Counted from the stretch's first letter, positions 12,824 through 25,569 are shown. The stretch is 64,000 bases of DNA from Emiliania huxleyi CCMP1516 (GCF_000372725.1 NW_005202428.1:1287331-1351330); one strand, 5' to 3'. Notes: a model not told the origin generated them from the sequence alone. Program-made: numbers and translations.

Positions 12824-15800
12824 TTATACACTGCCGCTCGACAAAGCCCCCGGGCCCTCCCAGAGCCCGGGGATGTAGTACGTGGCGCGGTGCAGCTTCG
12901 TCCAGTCCACGCACGCCAGCAGTGAGGCGCCCGTCGCCTCCTCCACCCTCCTCAGCCGGCCGAGCAGCAGCCGCAGGCCGGCGGCGAAGAGCTGCGCGTC
13001 CACCGCCGTGTGCTCGTCGAGGGCGGCTTGCAAGTGGGCGGGCAGCGCCTCGTGGTCGCGCCTCTCAACTCCGTGGTTGAAACGCGGCATGGCAAGCGGG
13101 GCGGCAGCGCGGCAGTCGCACGAGGCTGGCAGCGAGCCGTTGGCCTGGTAGTGCAGCAGACAGACGGACGGCTCGAGCAAGTCGGTGAGGCCGACCCACT
13201 CGAACGCGTGCAGCCTGGAGAGCGCGGGCTCGAGCGGCGGCTCGAGCGCGTCAGCGCCGCCGCCCGCGCCGCCCAGTACGCGGAAGTGCTGCCCGAGGCT
13301 GCCTCCCGCGCTGCTGCAGCTGAGAGCGTGCGCCTGCGTGTTGTGCAGCGGGAGCACGGACAGCGCCTCCGTGCGCGGCCGGGCAGCGAGAGCCTCGGCG
13401 AGGGCGGCCGACCAGTTCCCGTCGAAGCTCGTCCCGCAGTAGCTGCCGCACGCGTGCTCGGTCGCGCGGAGGACGACTTCAGCGGCGTACTGCGGCAGGT
13501 CGGCCGCCACGCGCGACCAGGTGTTTCGCGTGTGCGCCGTGTGGCAGTGCGAGAAGAGGGAGAGGAGATGCGCCCGCGGCGAGCGAATAAGCAGGCCGTT
13601 GAACCCGCCACCGACCCGCACATCCGAGGCGCAGCACTCGCAGTTGGCAGCGCAGAGCACGCCGCTCACGCTCGCCGCCGCCGCCGCGCACGCCGCGCCC
13701 GCCGAGGTGGAGAGGTTGCGTCGCCAGCCGGAGCCGGTGGCGGCGCGGCGGCAGTGCGAGTAGTCGAGAGGCGGATGCGGGTGGGCGGCGAGGTGCAGCT
13801 CGAGCGACTCGCCGCCCGTCTTGATGATGTGGAAGAAGCGAAGCGAAGAACCTGCGCGGGTGCCGAGCAGCCGTGCGGATGCCATACACCTCGCGTCCCA
13901 GTCTTCTCTCGACGGTAGCTGTCGCAGCCGTATCGGGGAGGCGAAGTGGCACCACGCGGTGTGTGCTTGTGGGAGTGTCCTGGGCGTGACACGCGAGCGC
14001 GTCCCTGTGCGCGCCTGGCGGCGGCATAGCCAGCGGCAGAGGCGGAGGAATGCCGCGGGGCAGCCCTCCTCCGCCGACCGCAGGGCGAGAGCGGCGAGAG
14101 AGGCGGAGCCAGCGCGGCAGCCGCGGCAGCCGCGGCGGTGGCGGCGGCGGCGGCGCGAGTTGCCACTCGTCGAGTCGGAGCGTGTAGAGGCGGGCGGGTA
14201 GGACGGCGTCCCAGGCAGGGCCGGTGGCGGAGAGCGGGTTGAGGTAGAGCCGCTCGCAGTAGGTGAAATGCTCCTCGCGCGCGACTGCCGCGTCGGGCAG
14301 CACGGTGCACCTGCGGGGGTAGACAGGGGAGGAGAGGCGGCGGCGTGGAGACGGTGCAACGCGTGGCTGCGACTACCGCATCGAGGGCGGCGCACCCGTC
14401 CACCAAGCGGGCCGCCCCCTCCCCCGCCCCCTCCCCCGGCGCAGCGGCCTCGAGGCGGGCGCAGTGCTGCGGGTTCCTCGTGAACGCCCACGTGACAAAG
14501 GCGCCTGCGGCCGGCCAGTCGAAGCTCGTGAAGCCGAGTGGTGTGGCGCGGACCTGCTCACAGCGAGGCGTGTGAAGAGACGCCGCCCACAGCCCTGCCG
14601 CCAGAGGAGCCAAGTTGTGGTCGGACCGCCATGCGGCCCTTGCTGAGGGTCTTCGCGGCTCGGTCGGCGGGCCGGAGCACGGCGATGGAGGCGTACACGC
14701 TCGCGTTTGCCGCCCGGTGGTTGACCATCGTCACCAGGTGCAGCGCGGCGTCACTCGAGAGGCTACGGTGCACCCGAGATGACGCGAGATGACGCGAGAT
14801 GACCCCGAGATGCGGTGCAGTGTGACGCCGCAGAGCTGTGAACTGAGCACCGCGCACTGCACTGCGCCTGTCGCGCGTGGCTCCCGAGGGTGCCAGAGAC
14901 AGCTAGCTGAGACAGACAGGCGGGTGCTAGCTGAGACAGACAGGCGGGTGCTAGCTGAGACAGACAGGCGGGTGCTAGCTGAGACAGACAGGCGGGTGCT
15001 AGCTGAGACAGACAGGCGGGTGCTAGCTGAGACAGACAGGCGGGTGCTAGCTGAGACAGACAGGCGGGTGCTAGCTGAGACAGACAGGCGGGTGCTAGCT
15101 GAGACAGACAGGCGGGTGCTAGCTGAGACAGACAGGCGGGTGCTAGCTGAGACAGACAGGCGGGTGACAGACAGGCGGGTGCTAGCTGAGACAGACAGGC
15201 GGGTGCTAGCTGAGACAGACAGGCGGGTGCTAGCTGAGACAGACAGGCGGGTGCTAGCTGAGACAGACAGGCGGGTGCTAGCTGAGACAGACAGGCGGGT
15301 GCTAGCTGAGACAGACAGGCGGGTGCTAGCTGAGACAGACAGGCCGTGTGGCGCCGCATCTACGACTCGAGCGCCGGAGCAGCGGGATGGCGTCCGAGTC
15401 GGCAGAGATGTGAGGCCCAAAGTAGGCCGCATCAGGGCAGTCGCCGAGGCACTCGGTTCGGTTGGCGAGGCAGTCGAGCCTGGCAGTGTGTGTGCGCAAG
15501 AGTCAGTTGAGTCAGCGAGTGCGGTGAGGTGTGGTGTGTATCACTGTCAGCTACGAGTACAGCGGTGAGATGTGGCGTGCATCACTGTCACGAGTACAGC
15601 GAATGCGCTCGAACCCAGCCGAGTACGCCTCCCCTCGACGGACCCTGTGTCCCGCATCTACCAGGCTGTCGGCCCGCGGATCATCAGCGGGGCGAACGCC
15701 GTCGCCTCCGCCGCCTCCCCGCGCTGCAGCCGCCCAAAGGCTGCGCCGACCGCGGCGAGGGCGGCGAGGCCGTGCGCCTTGAAGGCGCTGGCGAGGCCGC

Positions 15801-16723
15801 GCTCGTCGGCGCTGCCTGGGCGGCGCCGCTCCGAGTAGCCGCGCGGCGGGAGGGCGGCCTGCGGGCGGGGAGAGGACGCTCTTGTGCAGCGCCGGCAATC
15901 TCGGGCATTCTGCCTGTGTGCGTGCTGTGGCCGTGCGGCTTGGACGTGGCGTATTCGAGCACACAGAGTCAGTGAGAAACATCCGGGGGGGGGGGGGGGA
16001 GCGGCCTCGTCGGCGTGGCTCGCGGACAGGTAGAGCAGAGGGTGGTGCGAGCGCAGGTAGAGGCTGCCCTCTGTCTGGTTTGCGAATCGGAACAGCCGCA
16101 GCACCGTCTCGAACTGCGTCCACTCGGCGTGCAGGTGGGCCGGGATCACCACCAGGTTGATGGCGGCGGCAGGCAGCCCGCTCGCGACCAGCGCCCGCTC
16201 GACCAGCGAGTACGTGCGCCGGTTCGACGTGACGATGTGGGCAAAGAGGCCAGAGGCCGATGCGTTCAGGCTGAGGTGATTCACGCTGTCGGCGAGGCTG
16301 CCGAAGACGACGCCTCGCCGCGGCGTCCACGCGGCGAAGGTGGTGAAGGAAAAGTATTCGGCGCTGGGAGGCCGGCGCGCCAGCAGCACGACTGCATCTC
16401 GCTGCCGCACGTGCATGATCGGGCTCGGCAGTGCAAAGCCCAGGAACGGGAGGACCGTGAACATGTACGGCGTGTTTGGGTTCGAGCCAAAGTGGTCCGC
16501 GAGCAGCGACCAGCCCGCGGTGTCTCTGTCGCGCTTCAGCTCGCCCACACCGGAGATGGTGAGGCCGGCGGTCGCAGCTATCTGCGCTGCGAAGGCGTCC
16601 TTCAGCGCGGCGACGTCCGGGTCGGTCGAGCGGGGAGGGAGAGGCGGGAAGAGCAGACCGGCCCACACCGAGGCTCCGATCAGCACGGCGAGGGCGGCGG
16701 TGGTCAGGTGGCAGCAGAGCATC
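12824..16723 (-). CDS. Membrane-anchored or secreted multi-exon protein: N-terminal domain of unknown function plus C-terminal sulfotransferase-like domain
   Basis: Hydrophobic N-terminus; DAVVLLARRPPSAEYFSF...FGSLADSVN domain; C-terminal FFHIIKTGGES (5'-PSB-like), IRSPRAHLLS (3'-PB-like), FEWVGLTDLLEPSVCLL. The exon chain across the repeat-filled intron is inferred and this could be two genes. Confidence 0.55.
14902..15344. repeat. 24-bp minisatellite (GCTAGCTGAGACAGACAGGCGGGT), ~18 copies, probably intronic
   Basis: Visible tandem array with one truncated unit near 15166. Confidence 0.95.
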
Positions 16724-17384
16724 TTCCTGCTGTCACGGGCTGTCACTCGCTCGCGAAGGGAGCTCTCCGCGATGGCGGCGCTTGGAAAAAATGTTCCGGT
16801 CTTCTGTCGAGGCGGCCGAGGTGGAACCGTCAGTGCACGGAGTTGCACCTTCTCCGACTGCCCCGGCTAGTTCCCGAGGTCGCGCGGGGCTGACGCGCTG
16901 ACCCCTGCGTCCCCCGAGACCTAGCGCGGGTGGGTGGGTGGGTGTTGGAGGGGGGCTCGCTGCAAGGAAGGGCTGTGTAAGAAGCCGATCCCCGTAGTCC
17001 GCCCCGCTCCTCCCCATCGGGCCGCATGAGCGGCCACGCCTCGCAGATTCGTTTTCGCGCCTGGGTCAGGCGCGCGGGGCATCCCCCGGGTAACATCTCT
17101 TGCTCCACACCGAGCGCCATCGGTCCGGACCGGCGTGGTCATTGAGGGTCTTCCTGTCGCCTGCGCCTTGTCTGTCGTGTGAATTGCGGCGCGTGGGCGG
17201 GCGGCCCGCCCGGCCGTCGGTGAGCTGAGCACCCGGGGGCACCCCATTTCGGTAGCCGTTTTTTAGGGGTTTCAGGTAGGTAAGGTAAGCCGAGGCGCGT
17301 CCCCCGCATGTTTGTTTCTTCTTTTTTGCGAAGAGGCACAAGGACACGTCCACCTCAGGTCTCGACCTGTCCGAGCGACGTCGG

Positions 17385-17749
17385 AGCCTTGCTCGCGGCT
17401 CCGCGTCGCGCTCTGTGGCTTGAAAAGCGAGAAGTCGGCGATCGGATCTCGGCCTGCCTGTGAGTACACGGGGCCAGACCGGCACGGCGAGGGCCAAGGA
17501 CTGCGGCGCTCCATCAAGCGTGACGATCTTTCCTCGGCTGTCAAGAGGGGCGAAAGCTTGGAGAAGGACCTCGTAATGGCGCGGCGCGTTTGCGTCGCTC
17601 GGAGCAAAAGACTTCCCCGTGGGCAGGACGCCTGAGTGAGTACGCAACCTCACACAAAACGGCGGCTGACGCGCCGACCGTCTCGGGCCACCGCGGCTCG
17701 AGTTTCAAATCGCGTTGCCACCCACAATGCAAACAACCATTTCCAAGTT
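17385..17749 (+). repeat. ~365-bp segment duplicated in inverted orientation at 23620-23984
   Basis: Near-identical reverse complement; the same peptides appear on opposite strands in the ORF track. Confidence 0.95.
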
Positions 17750-17769
17750 CACGAGACCGGCAAGAAAGA

Positions 17770-18630
17770 CCAAGATGACGGCGGATGGCTGCCGGCAGCC
17801 GCCTCGCGGCGCAAGCGATCCGCAAAGAGGGCGGCATCACCCGCGCCCTCTCACGCAAGCAGCATCGTGAGCAGCACCTCGACCCGAACGGCGCGCTCTC
17901 TCGGCGGCGGCTCGACCGCCTCGGCCGCCTCGACGAGCCTTCGCGGCCGGCGCCCCGACATCTGCACCCTCGCCGACGGCGCGGCAGTTCGCGGCGTCGT
18001 CCGCGGCCTCACCACCTTTGGCGCCTTTGTCGATGTTGGATGCTCCAGGGACGGCCTGCTTCACGTGTCAGAGGCGGCTGAGCTTCAGCTGGCGCGCCTG
18101 TGCGTCGGCCAGCGGCTCGACCTCTTTGTCAAGAGGGTGGACCCGCTCAAGGGAAAGCTCAGCCTGTCGGCGCGGCCCCTGGACAAGGAGCGCGCCGCAC
18201 GCGAGGCGAGGTGGGCGGCGGAGAGGGAGGCGGCGGCGCGCGAGCGGGCGAGGCGCGAGGCGCAGCAGCAGGCGCGGCGCGAGGAGGAGGCGCGACAGGA
18301 GGAGGCTGCGAGGCGGCTGGCCGAGGCCGAGGCGGCCAAGACTGAGGAGGCGCGCGCGCGGGAGGCGGCGGCGGCGGCGGCGCGGGAGGCCGCGGGGCTC
18401 TCGCTGCCGATGGCCTCCCTGGTCGGAGGCGCGAGTCTCCCGCCCCCGCCCGCGCCGCCTCCGCGCGAGATTCTCGCCCGCAAGTTCGTCCGCGGCCGCG
18501 GCACCCTCACCCTGTTCAAGATGCCGTGGGCGACTCGCTGCTGCTAGGAGGGCGAAGGCGCGCGGATCGAGCTGCTGCAGGGCCCGAACAACAACAAGCA
18601 GGTGATCGAGCTGTGCACGGAGGACGGAGG
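17770..18630 (+). CDS. S1 RNA-binding domain protein with charged helix; frame disruptions near 18530-18547
   Basis: VRGVVRGLTTFGAFVDVGCSRDGLLHVSE...VGQRLDLFVKRVDPLKGKLSLS is a canonical S1 domain; start codon unclear, 3' part frameshifted. Confidence 0.65.
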
Positions 18631-19974
18631 CTGCAGATACGAACACCCGCGCCTTACTTGCACGCGCGGCTCCAGTGGTGTGCCCGTGTCCGTGCCAGCG
18701 CCTGGCCAGCGCGCGCCAGTCCCGCGTCCAGTGTCGTGCGAGGGTGTTCTGTTGTTAAAATACTGTCCCGTTTTGCTGTTCACAGCTAGGGACGGCCTCT
18801 GCGGCAAAGTCAAGCAACCCCACCACCCCACCTACCGCAGCAAACCTTCGGCTCCCGCTCAGAGGCCCGCCGCGCCCGTGCGGCGCGCCGAGGCGGCCCC
18901 GAGGCCGGCGCCTTGCACCCGGCCCGCGGCCGGCACCGCCTCGCCCCACAACTTGACCGCCCTGCGGCCCCTGCGCAGGCGTACCACAGGCGTCGCTCAA
19001 AAAGCGACGCCGGGTGTGGGCTGCTCCCTTGACCCGTCACCCGCCGCGCCCTCGCCCGGCCGTCTCACCGCTCACGGAGCGCTCGGCTGCTCGCCGCCGC
19101 CGCCGCGCGTCCCGCGCCGCCACGCATGCCCCTTGGCCCTTGCCCTGACGCGCGCTCTGTGCAGCGGCAGAGCGCGCGTCTGTCACAGACGGAGCAGCGA
19201 CCGCTGCAGCGGTCGCTGCTCCGCCCCTCCGTCGCGCGCGCCGCGCGCGCGCTGCCGCCGCCGCCGCCGCCGCCGCCCCCTCGCCCTCCTCGCCGTCTTC
19301 CCCACCCCTACCCGCTGATGCGCGCGCGCGGCCGCCGCGCGCTGCGCGCCCCCGCCCCCGCCCCCGCCCCCGCCCCCGCCCCCGCTGCCAAGCGCCCCTT
19401 CCCCGGTGGGTGTGCGTAGAAAGTGGAACCAATCGAGAGGTGGCAGAAGCCGCCGTGTGTGACACATATTGCGGCACGTGAGTGAGACAGACGGCCCCGC
19501 CGGCGCGCGCGCGCAGCGCAACAGGCGTTTTTTATGCAAACAGCAAACGGGACGGCCTGCGCAGCCTCTAACTATTCAATTATAATCACCCGTCTAAAGA
19601 AAGAAAGAAAACGGACATCGCAAGGGAGGGATGGGAGGACGGCACGCCGCCACCACACAGGGATTTTAAGGAGAGGGGGGTGTGGTGCGCTAGCCGTCGC
19701 CCACCCTTGGGCGTCCGCCTCTTCCTATCTCTCTTCGCAGTCTCTCGCCGATTCTCGCTGCAACCTTCAAGCTTCATGCCACCTCGCGGTCGTCCCACTC
19801 TCGTCGTTCTCTCCCTTGTCGCTTCTTCCTCTGTCGCGTCGCTCTCCTCTGCCTCGTTCTGCGATCACCCGTCTGACAGCAACGGTCAGCTATGTTTCTT
19901 CTTAGATCGCTTTTTTCTCACCTACTCGCCACCGCTTGCGTACGCCGCGCTCGCTCGCCTCCTCGCGCCCACAG

Positions 19975-20736
19975 ATGGGGATCGTCGAAGAGGTCGAAGC
20001 GCAGCTGGCTGCGCTCAACGCGCGGCTGCCCGAGCTCGAGGGCAAGGCCAACAAGAAGGAGCGCACGGCGGTCAACAAGCAGATCTATACGCTCGAGAAC
20101 GACGATACATACGTGGCGGCCAAGAAGTCGCAAATCGAGGGAGGCAGGGCGGCGGCGGCATCGGAGGAGGACGCGGCGCACGCGAAGCGGCTCGAGGAGG
20201 AGGAGTCGGCGCGCGCAGCGGCAGAAGAGGCGGCAGAGGCGCGAGCGGCCGCCAAGGTGAAGGGTGCTGCGGGTGCGGGCGCTGCGGAGGAGGAGGATGG
20301 CGAGAGCCACCTGGAGTTCAAGCAGCTCAAAAAGGGCGATGGCGAGACCGCGCCCTCCAAGGGCGACTACGTCTACTGCTGCTACACGGGCACGTTTGCT
20401 CCGGGGACTGAGCACGGCGGCAAGGACCTCTCGGGGAAGCAGTTCGACTCGACGTGGGACAGCAAGCTGAAGAAGCATAGACCGCTCCACTTCCAGCACG
20501 GCGGCGGCAAGGCGATCCGCGGGTGGGACGAGGCGCTCAAGCGCATGACGCTCGGCGAGAAGGCGGAGCTGACGATCGGGCCGCGGTGGGCGTACCGCAA
20601 GGGCGGCATCCAGGATGACGCGGGCGGGTACGTCGTGCCCCCGAACGCGACGCTGTGCTTCCAGATGCAGCTCGTGGGCGTGCGGGACGCAAAGCACGAC
20701 GATGCCAGCATCCAATGGGGCAAGGGGAGGGGGTGA
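19975..20736 (+). CDS. FKBP-type peptidyl-prolyl isomerase (FKBP25/FKBP3-like domain) with N-terminal coiled coil
   Basis: KGDYVYCCYTG...FDST...IRGWDEALKRMTLGEKAELTIGPRWAY...VPPNATLCFQMQLV. Confidence 0.9.
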   Translation: MGIVEEVEAQLAALNARLPELEGKANKKERTAVNKQIYTLENDDTYVAAKKSQIEGGRAAAASEEDAAHAKRLEEEESARAAAEEAAEARAAAKVKGAAGAGAAEEEDGESHLEFKQLKKGDGETAPSKGDYVYCCYTGTFAPGTEHGGKDLSGKQFDSTWDSKLKKHRPLHFQHGGGKAIRGWDEALKRMTLGEKAELTIGPRWAYRKGGIQDDAGGYVVPPNATLCFQMQLVGVRDAKHDDASIQWGKGRG

Positions 20737-22732
20737 GCCGAAATGTGTGTGTCGGTGAAACGCGCCGTTTTTATGTATGTAAAAGAGGGGACGGCTCGAT
20801 TCGTGGACGGAGGGTGGACGCGTCCAAGAGGGGGGTTAAGGGGGGACGGCTCGCATTGGTCATAAAAAACGGCGGTTGAGGATTTTGCATCTCGGCTGCA
20901 TCCAATGGCGTGGGTGGGCGCCTCCGGATCACGGTCACGTCGGCGAGGACAGCGACGGCGTCGTTGGTGGACCGCCGAGACGCAGGAGGCGCGGCGGAGC
21001 GGCTGCGCTTGGACGCGCCGGCGAGGCTGGCCGGGCACGCTGTCGTCGAGACAGGCACGCACGTCGAGATCCTCGGCGAGCAGGGTGGTGGTCGGCCACC
21101 ATCACGTGGCGGGAGGAGGGTTCGGGCGGCCGGCTCGTGTGGATGCGGTCGAGTACGACGGCTATCCGGACGCCGAGCCTCTCCTCTCCTTAGAGGAAGA
21201 GACGTGGATGCAGGTGACGCTCGGCACCGGCAGCGCGGCCCCTAATACCAGCGGTGAGGCGAGCGACGGCGAGAAGAGCGACGGCGGGGCTGGGGACGCG
21301 CTGCCGTCCAGCGCGACCGACGTCGGCGGCGCGGTCGCTACCGGCGGCGAGGGGAGCGGCGTCGAGAGGGGCGGCGGCAGCAGCCGGGATGGCCTATGTG
21401 TTATTTATTTACACTAAACTCATCCCAACACCATGGTGCCTCTGGTAGTAGTGAGGTGGGATCTGCGTGTGTCCCCAAACTCTGTGCTAAGGCGCTCTGT
21501 CGAGAGCAACTTGCGGACGAGGCGGTCGAAAGGCGTATCGTATCCGTACGCCGACTCGATCACTGCGAGGATGCGGCCTCGGTCCGTGGAGTGAGCGTAA
21601 CAACTCGCAACCGCCTCGCGCCCCGCCGTCTGTGGCGACGGGCGGGTCGGTGCTAGTCGCTCGCTCAGATGGACCTGCGTGGCAAGACAGTACGCGAGGT
21701 GGAGGCCGGCGCGCGGATCCGCGTTTGGTACGAGGAGGAGCAGGACGGCGGCGGTAAGGCCCGCGTCGCCTACCTCGGCACCTATTCTGTGGGCCCATCC
21801 CTCGGCAGCCGTCTACCGTCTTGCAGAAATATGTCGTGAGCTTGGAGTTGGACCTTAGTAATGCAGAAGCGTGTACACCCGTGAGACTTCGCTTAGGATT
21901 GCACACTTGCACAGAAGTTGGGAGGCTCCAAAAATGCTACTAACCCCCTACGAGTCGGCAAGCCTTGTCGGCAATGCTTGATCGGTGTCGTGTCCTGTTG
22001 GGTGCGCACTTGGAGCACTTGGAGTGCGCTCGTCGAGCAGTAATGATCAAATCTGGGTTGATAACATAAATACGCGGAAAGTAATTTTGAAACGGCGGGC
22101 GTTCCTCCATGTAGAATTATATCAGACTTAAATAAATAAATAAACAACGAATCATAGAAAATCCAAAACCCCAAAATAAAAACGGTCAAACTCTGAGACG
22201 AGATGGATATCTTGGCCCCTCGAGTCTTCTATCGAGCTCTCCTCGCGCAAAAATAAAATATTCTTAGCTTCAAGCCCCCCTCCGAGACTAGAGACAGTCA
22301 CCACCCGTACACAGGAGAGATGGGAGTGCCCCCCGCCCCCACTTGCCCTGACTACACAGGATAGCGTGCCCCGATAACGGCGACACATAGTGGGGGACAC
22401 TGCGCAAGGAGGGGGTGCGAAGGCTCATTGGGGTACTAGGTGGGACCATGAGGGGGGGTGGGCGGGGTCCTGTGGGGGTGAAATGTTGCGCGGCGAATTC
22501 GAACCTACCCCCTCGCCGCGCCGATCCTCACGCGGAGGGTAAAACCCTGTGGGACAAAACCCCCCCGCGGTCGGCAGTCTTCAGAGTGGACCCCCCCCTC
22601 CCCAGCCTCCCCTGTGCATCTCGCACCCCCCCCCGCTCCCCATCGGTGACTCGCGAAGGACACGGACACTCGGGGTGAGGGGGGGTCCCCCCGGAGGGGG
22701 CTCTGGGGCATTGTTGGGTTGATCGCTCGTGC

Positions 22733-23300
22733 CGATCTCGGGTCGATCTCGGGTCGATCTCGGGTCGATCTCGAGTCGATCTCGGGTCGATCTCGGGTCG
22801 ATCTCGGGTCGATCTCGGGTCGATCTCGGGTCTCGGGTCGGTCTTGGGTCGGTCTCGGAGTGGTCTAGAAAAGAAAAAAATGTGGGGCGAGATGAGGCGA
22901 GATGAGGCGAGGTGAGGCGAGGTGAGGGGCGATGAGGCGAGATGAGGCGAGATGAGGCGAGGTGAGGCGAGATGAGGCGAGATCAGGCGAGATGAGGCGA
23001 GGTGAGGCGAGATGAGGCGAGATGAGGCGAGTGGCGAGATGAGGCGAGATGAGGCGAGATGAGGCGAGATGAGGCGAGATGAGGCGAGGTGAGGCGAGAT
23101 GAGGCGAGATGAGGCGAGGTGTACCTCGGCGAGATGAGGCGAGGTGAGGCGAGATGAGGCGAGCGGGTGAGGCGAGATGAGGCGAGGTGTGAGGCGAGAT
23201 GAGGCGAGGTGAGGCGAGATGAAGCGAGGTGAGGCGAGATGAAGCGAGGTGAGGCGAGATGAGGCGAGATGAGGCGAGACTAGGAGGCGAGATGAAGCGG
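22733..23300. repeat. Adjacent simple tandem repeats: (GATCTCGGGTC)n ~22733-22830 and (GAGGCGAGAT/GAGGCGAGGT)n ~22886-23300
   Basis: Visible 11-bp and 10-bp unit arrays. Confidence 0.9.
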
Positions 23301-23619
23301 GATGTTGTGTGGCTGCTTGTGCTGCCAAGCAGGCAGCACAAGCAGCCATACAAGTGAGCTTTGGGGTTGTGTGGCTGCTTGTGCTGCCCGCCTGGTAGCA
23401 CAGGCGATCACCCGACATCGCGTTGCATTTGCGCACCAAGCCGCGCCTCATCTCAGCATCGACGCGCAGCTGCATAGATATCATCGCGCACTACCGCAGC
23501 TTCATAAACGCCACTCCTANNNNNNNNNNNNNNNNNNNNNNNNNNNNNNNNNNNNNNNNNNNNNNNNNNNNNNNNNNNNNNNNNNNNNNNNNNNNNNNNN
23601 NNNNNNNNNNNNNNNNNNN

Positions 23620-23984
23620 AACTTGGAAATGGTTGTTTGCATTGTGGGTGGCAACGCGATTTGAAACTCGAGCCGCGGTGGCCCGAGACGGTCGGCGCGT
23701 CAGCCGCCGTTTTGTGTGAGGTTGCGTACTCACTCAGGCGTCCTGCCCACGGGGAAGTCTTTTGCTCCGAGCGACGCAAACGCGCCGCGCCATTACGAGG
23801 TCCTTCTCCAAGCTTTCGCCCCTCTTGACAGCCGAGGAAAGATCGTCACGCTTGATGGAGCGCCGCAGTCCTTGGCCCTCGCCGTGCCGGTCTGGCCCCG
23901 TGTACTCACAGGCAGGCCGAGATCCGATCGCCGACTTCTCGCTTTTCAAGCCACAGAGCGCGACGCGGCGCCGCGAGCAAGGCT
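23620..23984 (-). repeat. Second, inverted copy of 17385-17749, truncated by assembly gap
   Basis: Reverse-complement identity; begins exactly at the end of the N-gap. Confidence 0.95.
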
Positions 23985-24930
23985 GCGACCTCTCTCGTGC
24001 AGGTTGGGGCCTGAGGGGGGCTTGTGCTGCCTGCTCATGCGCAGGCAGCACAAGCAGCCACACAAGTCAGCTTTGGGAGCTCTCGGCGACGCCCAATGCG
24101 TGCGCCGGTAGGGGGGAGTGTGTGCGCGCGTGTGTGAGATGAGGATTGTGGCAGGCTGGCTGCTGCTGATGTGGGCAAGTGTGCTCTGTGTGCGGCGCTG
24201 CGCTGGCGTGCGACGCGCGCGTGCTGTGTACGTGTGCGTGCTGCGGTCGCGCGCGCGTCTGTGTGTGCTGCGCGCGCGCCGCCGGTGTGTGCTGTGCGCT
24301 GTGCTCTGTTTTGCGCCCTGTTTGTGCAGCTGGGAGGCGCAGGCTTGGCTGGCAGGGCTGCGCGGTGGGCTGCGGCGTGCTGCGGGTGGTCGCGCGCCTG
24401 CCTGATGGTGTACGGCGGCCGCGCAGCCCGCCCGACCGGGTCGTCGGCGGCCCAGGGCGCGAGCATGCGGTCGGCGCTGCATGTGAGGCTGCTGCGCGGC
24501 TGGCGCGTATGTTTCCGTGCGGCGAGGGACGCGCGTATGTGTTCACGCTGCGGGCGCGGGCGGGCGCGGGGGGCGGCGCGGTCTCACCGCGGTCCGACGT
24601 CGGTTGGTCTTCGGCGTGGCGAGGGCGGGCGCGCAGAAGAGGCCTTGCCGCCATCGCGTTGCCGCGAAGGAAAAAGAATCTGGGCTCCCCTCGCGCAAAG
24701 GACGACTCTTCTGACGCCCACTGCGATCACATTTGCCGCCCCCAGTCACATATCGTTGCTCAGCCTCAGGTCCACTCTCTCTTCGAACACTTGTGCCTCC
24801 ACGGACCAGCGCATAGCGCTTTCCCCGTATTTTCTTCTCATAACAAGGCTGTGAACGGTAGCTTGTGCGTCTTGGGGCCGTTGTGTTTTTGTGTGTTCAA
24901 CTTCGCCAAAGAGGTGATCTGTGATTTGTA

Positions 24931-25546
24931 AGGGTCCGCCCGCAGGCGCATTTTGTATACCGAGGCGGTGCCCTGTGCCGAACCTGTCGGACCTTAAGAC
25001 AGCATTGTAGATCCCTGGGCGAGGGTGGTGGCGTCCCCGTCGGGAGGGGCTGTCTGGGGGGGTGCCCTCCCACCGTCACCTCACCAGCGTCCCGGTGAGT
25101 ACGGCGATCAGAGCTCCCCCGCTCGTCAGACTTCCCCGTTGGAGGTAGGCCGCTCGTCTAGCCAATCAGCCTTAAGCGAGCAGCCTGGCCGTTGGAATGG
25201 CCGGGTGGAGAGAGGGGCGGAGTCGGCTCGGAAGCGCGACTGCAGCCACGGGGACTGCCCGCCCACTCTCGTCGGCTCGGGTTGAGGGGAGGACGACTGT
25301 CTCTGACGGCGGACCTCAGTTACGAGCCGCCCTCCCCTCGAGACGCGAGGCCAGCGCACTTGGGGCCGAGCCCCAGCGTGCACCGCCCCACACGCCTCAT
25401 TGGTGGGAGGGCACCCCCCCAGACAGCCCCTCCCGACGGGGACGCCACCACCCTCGCCCAGGGATCTACAATGCTGTCTTAAAGGTCCGACAGGTTCGGC
25501 ACCGGGCACCGCCTCGGTATACAAAATGCGCCTGCGGGCGGACCCT
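24931..25546. mobile_element. MITE-like non-autonomous DNA element with ~145-bp terminal inverted repeats, TA-flanked
   Basis: AGGGTCCGCCCGCAGGCGCATTTTGTATACC...CCCTCCCACC (24931-25074) is the near-perfect reverse complement of 25402-25546; TA on both sides; no convincing ORF. Confidence 0.75.
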
Positions 25547-25569
25547 TACTGCTTACAGATCACAGATGT

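Noticed and set aside
14731..15568. Repeat-protein ORFs (LSVSASTR, VLAETDRR, ACLSQLAP)
   Set aside because: Translations of a 24-bp minisatellite that is open in several frames; no evidence of coding.
22528..23484. ORFs with SPHLASSRLI and RPEIDPRST repeats
   Set aside because: Artefacts of 10-bp and 11-bp simple repeats.
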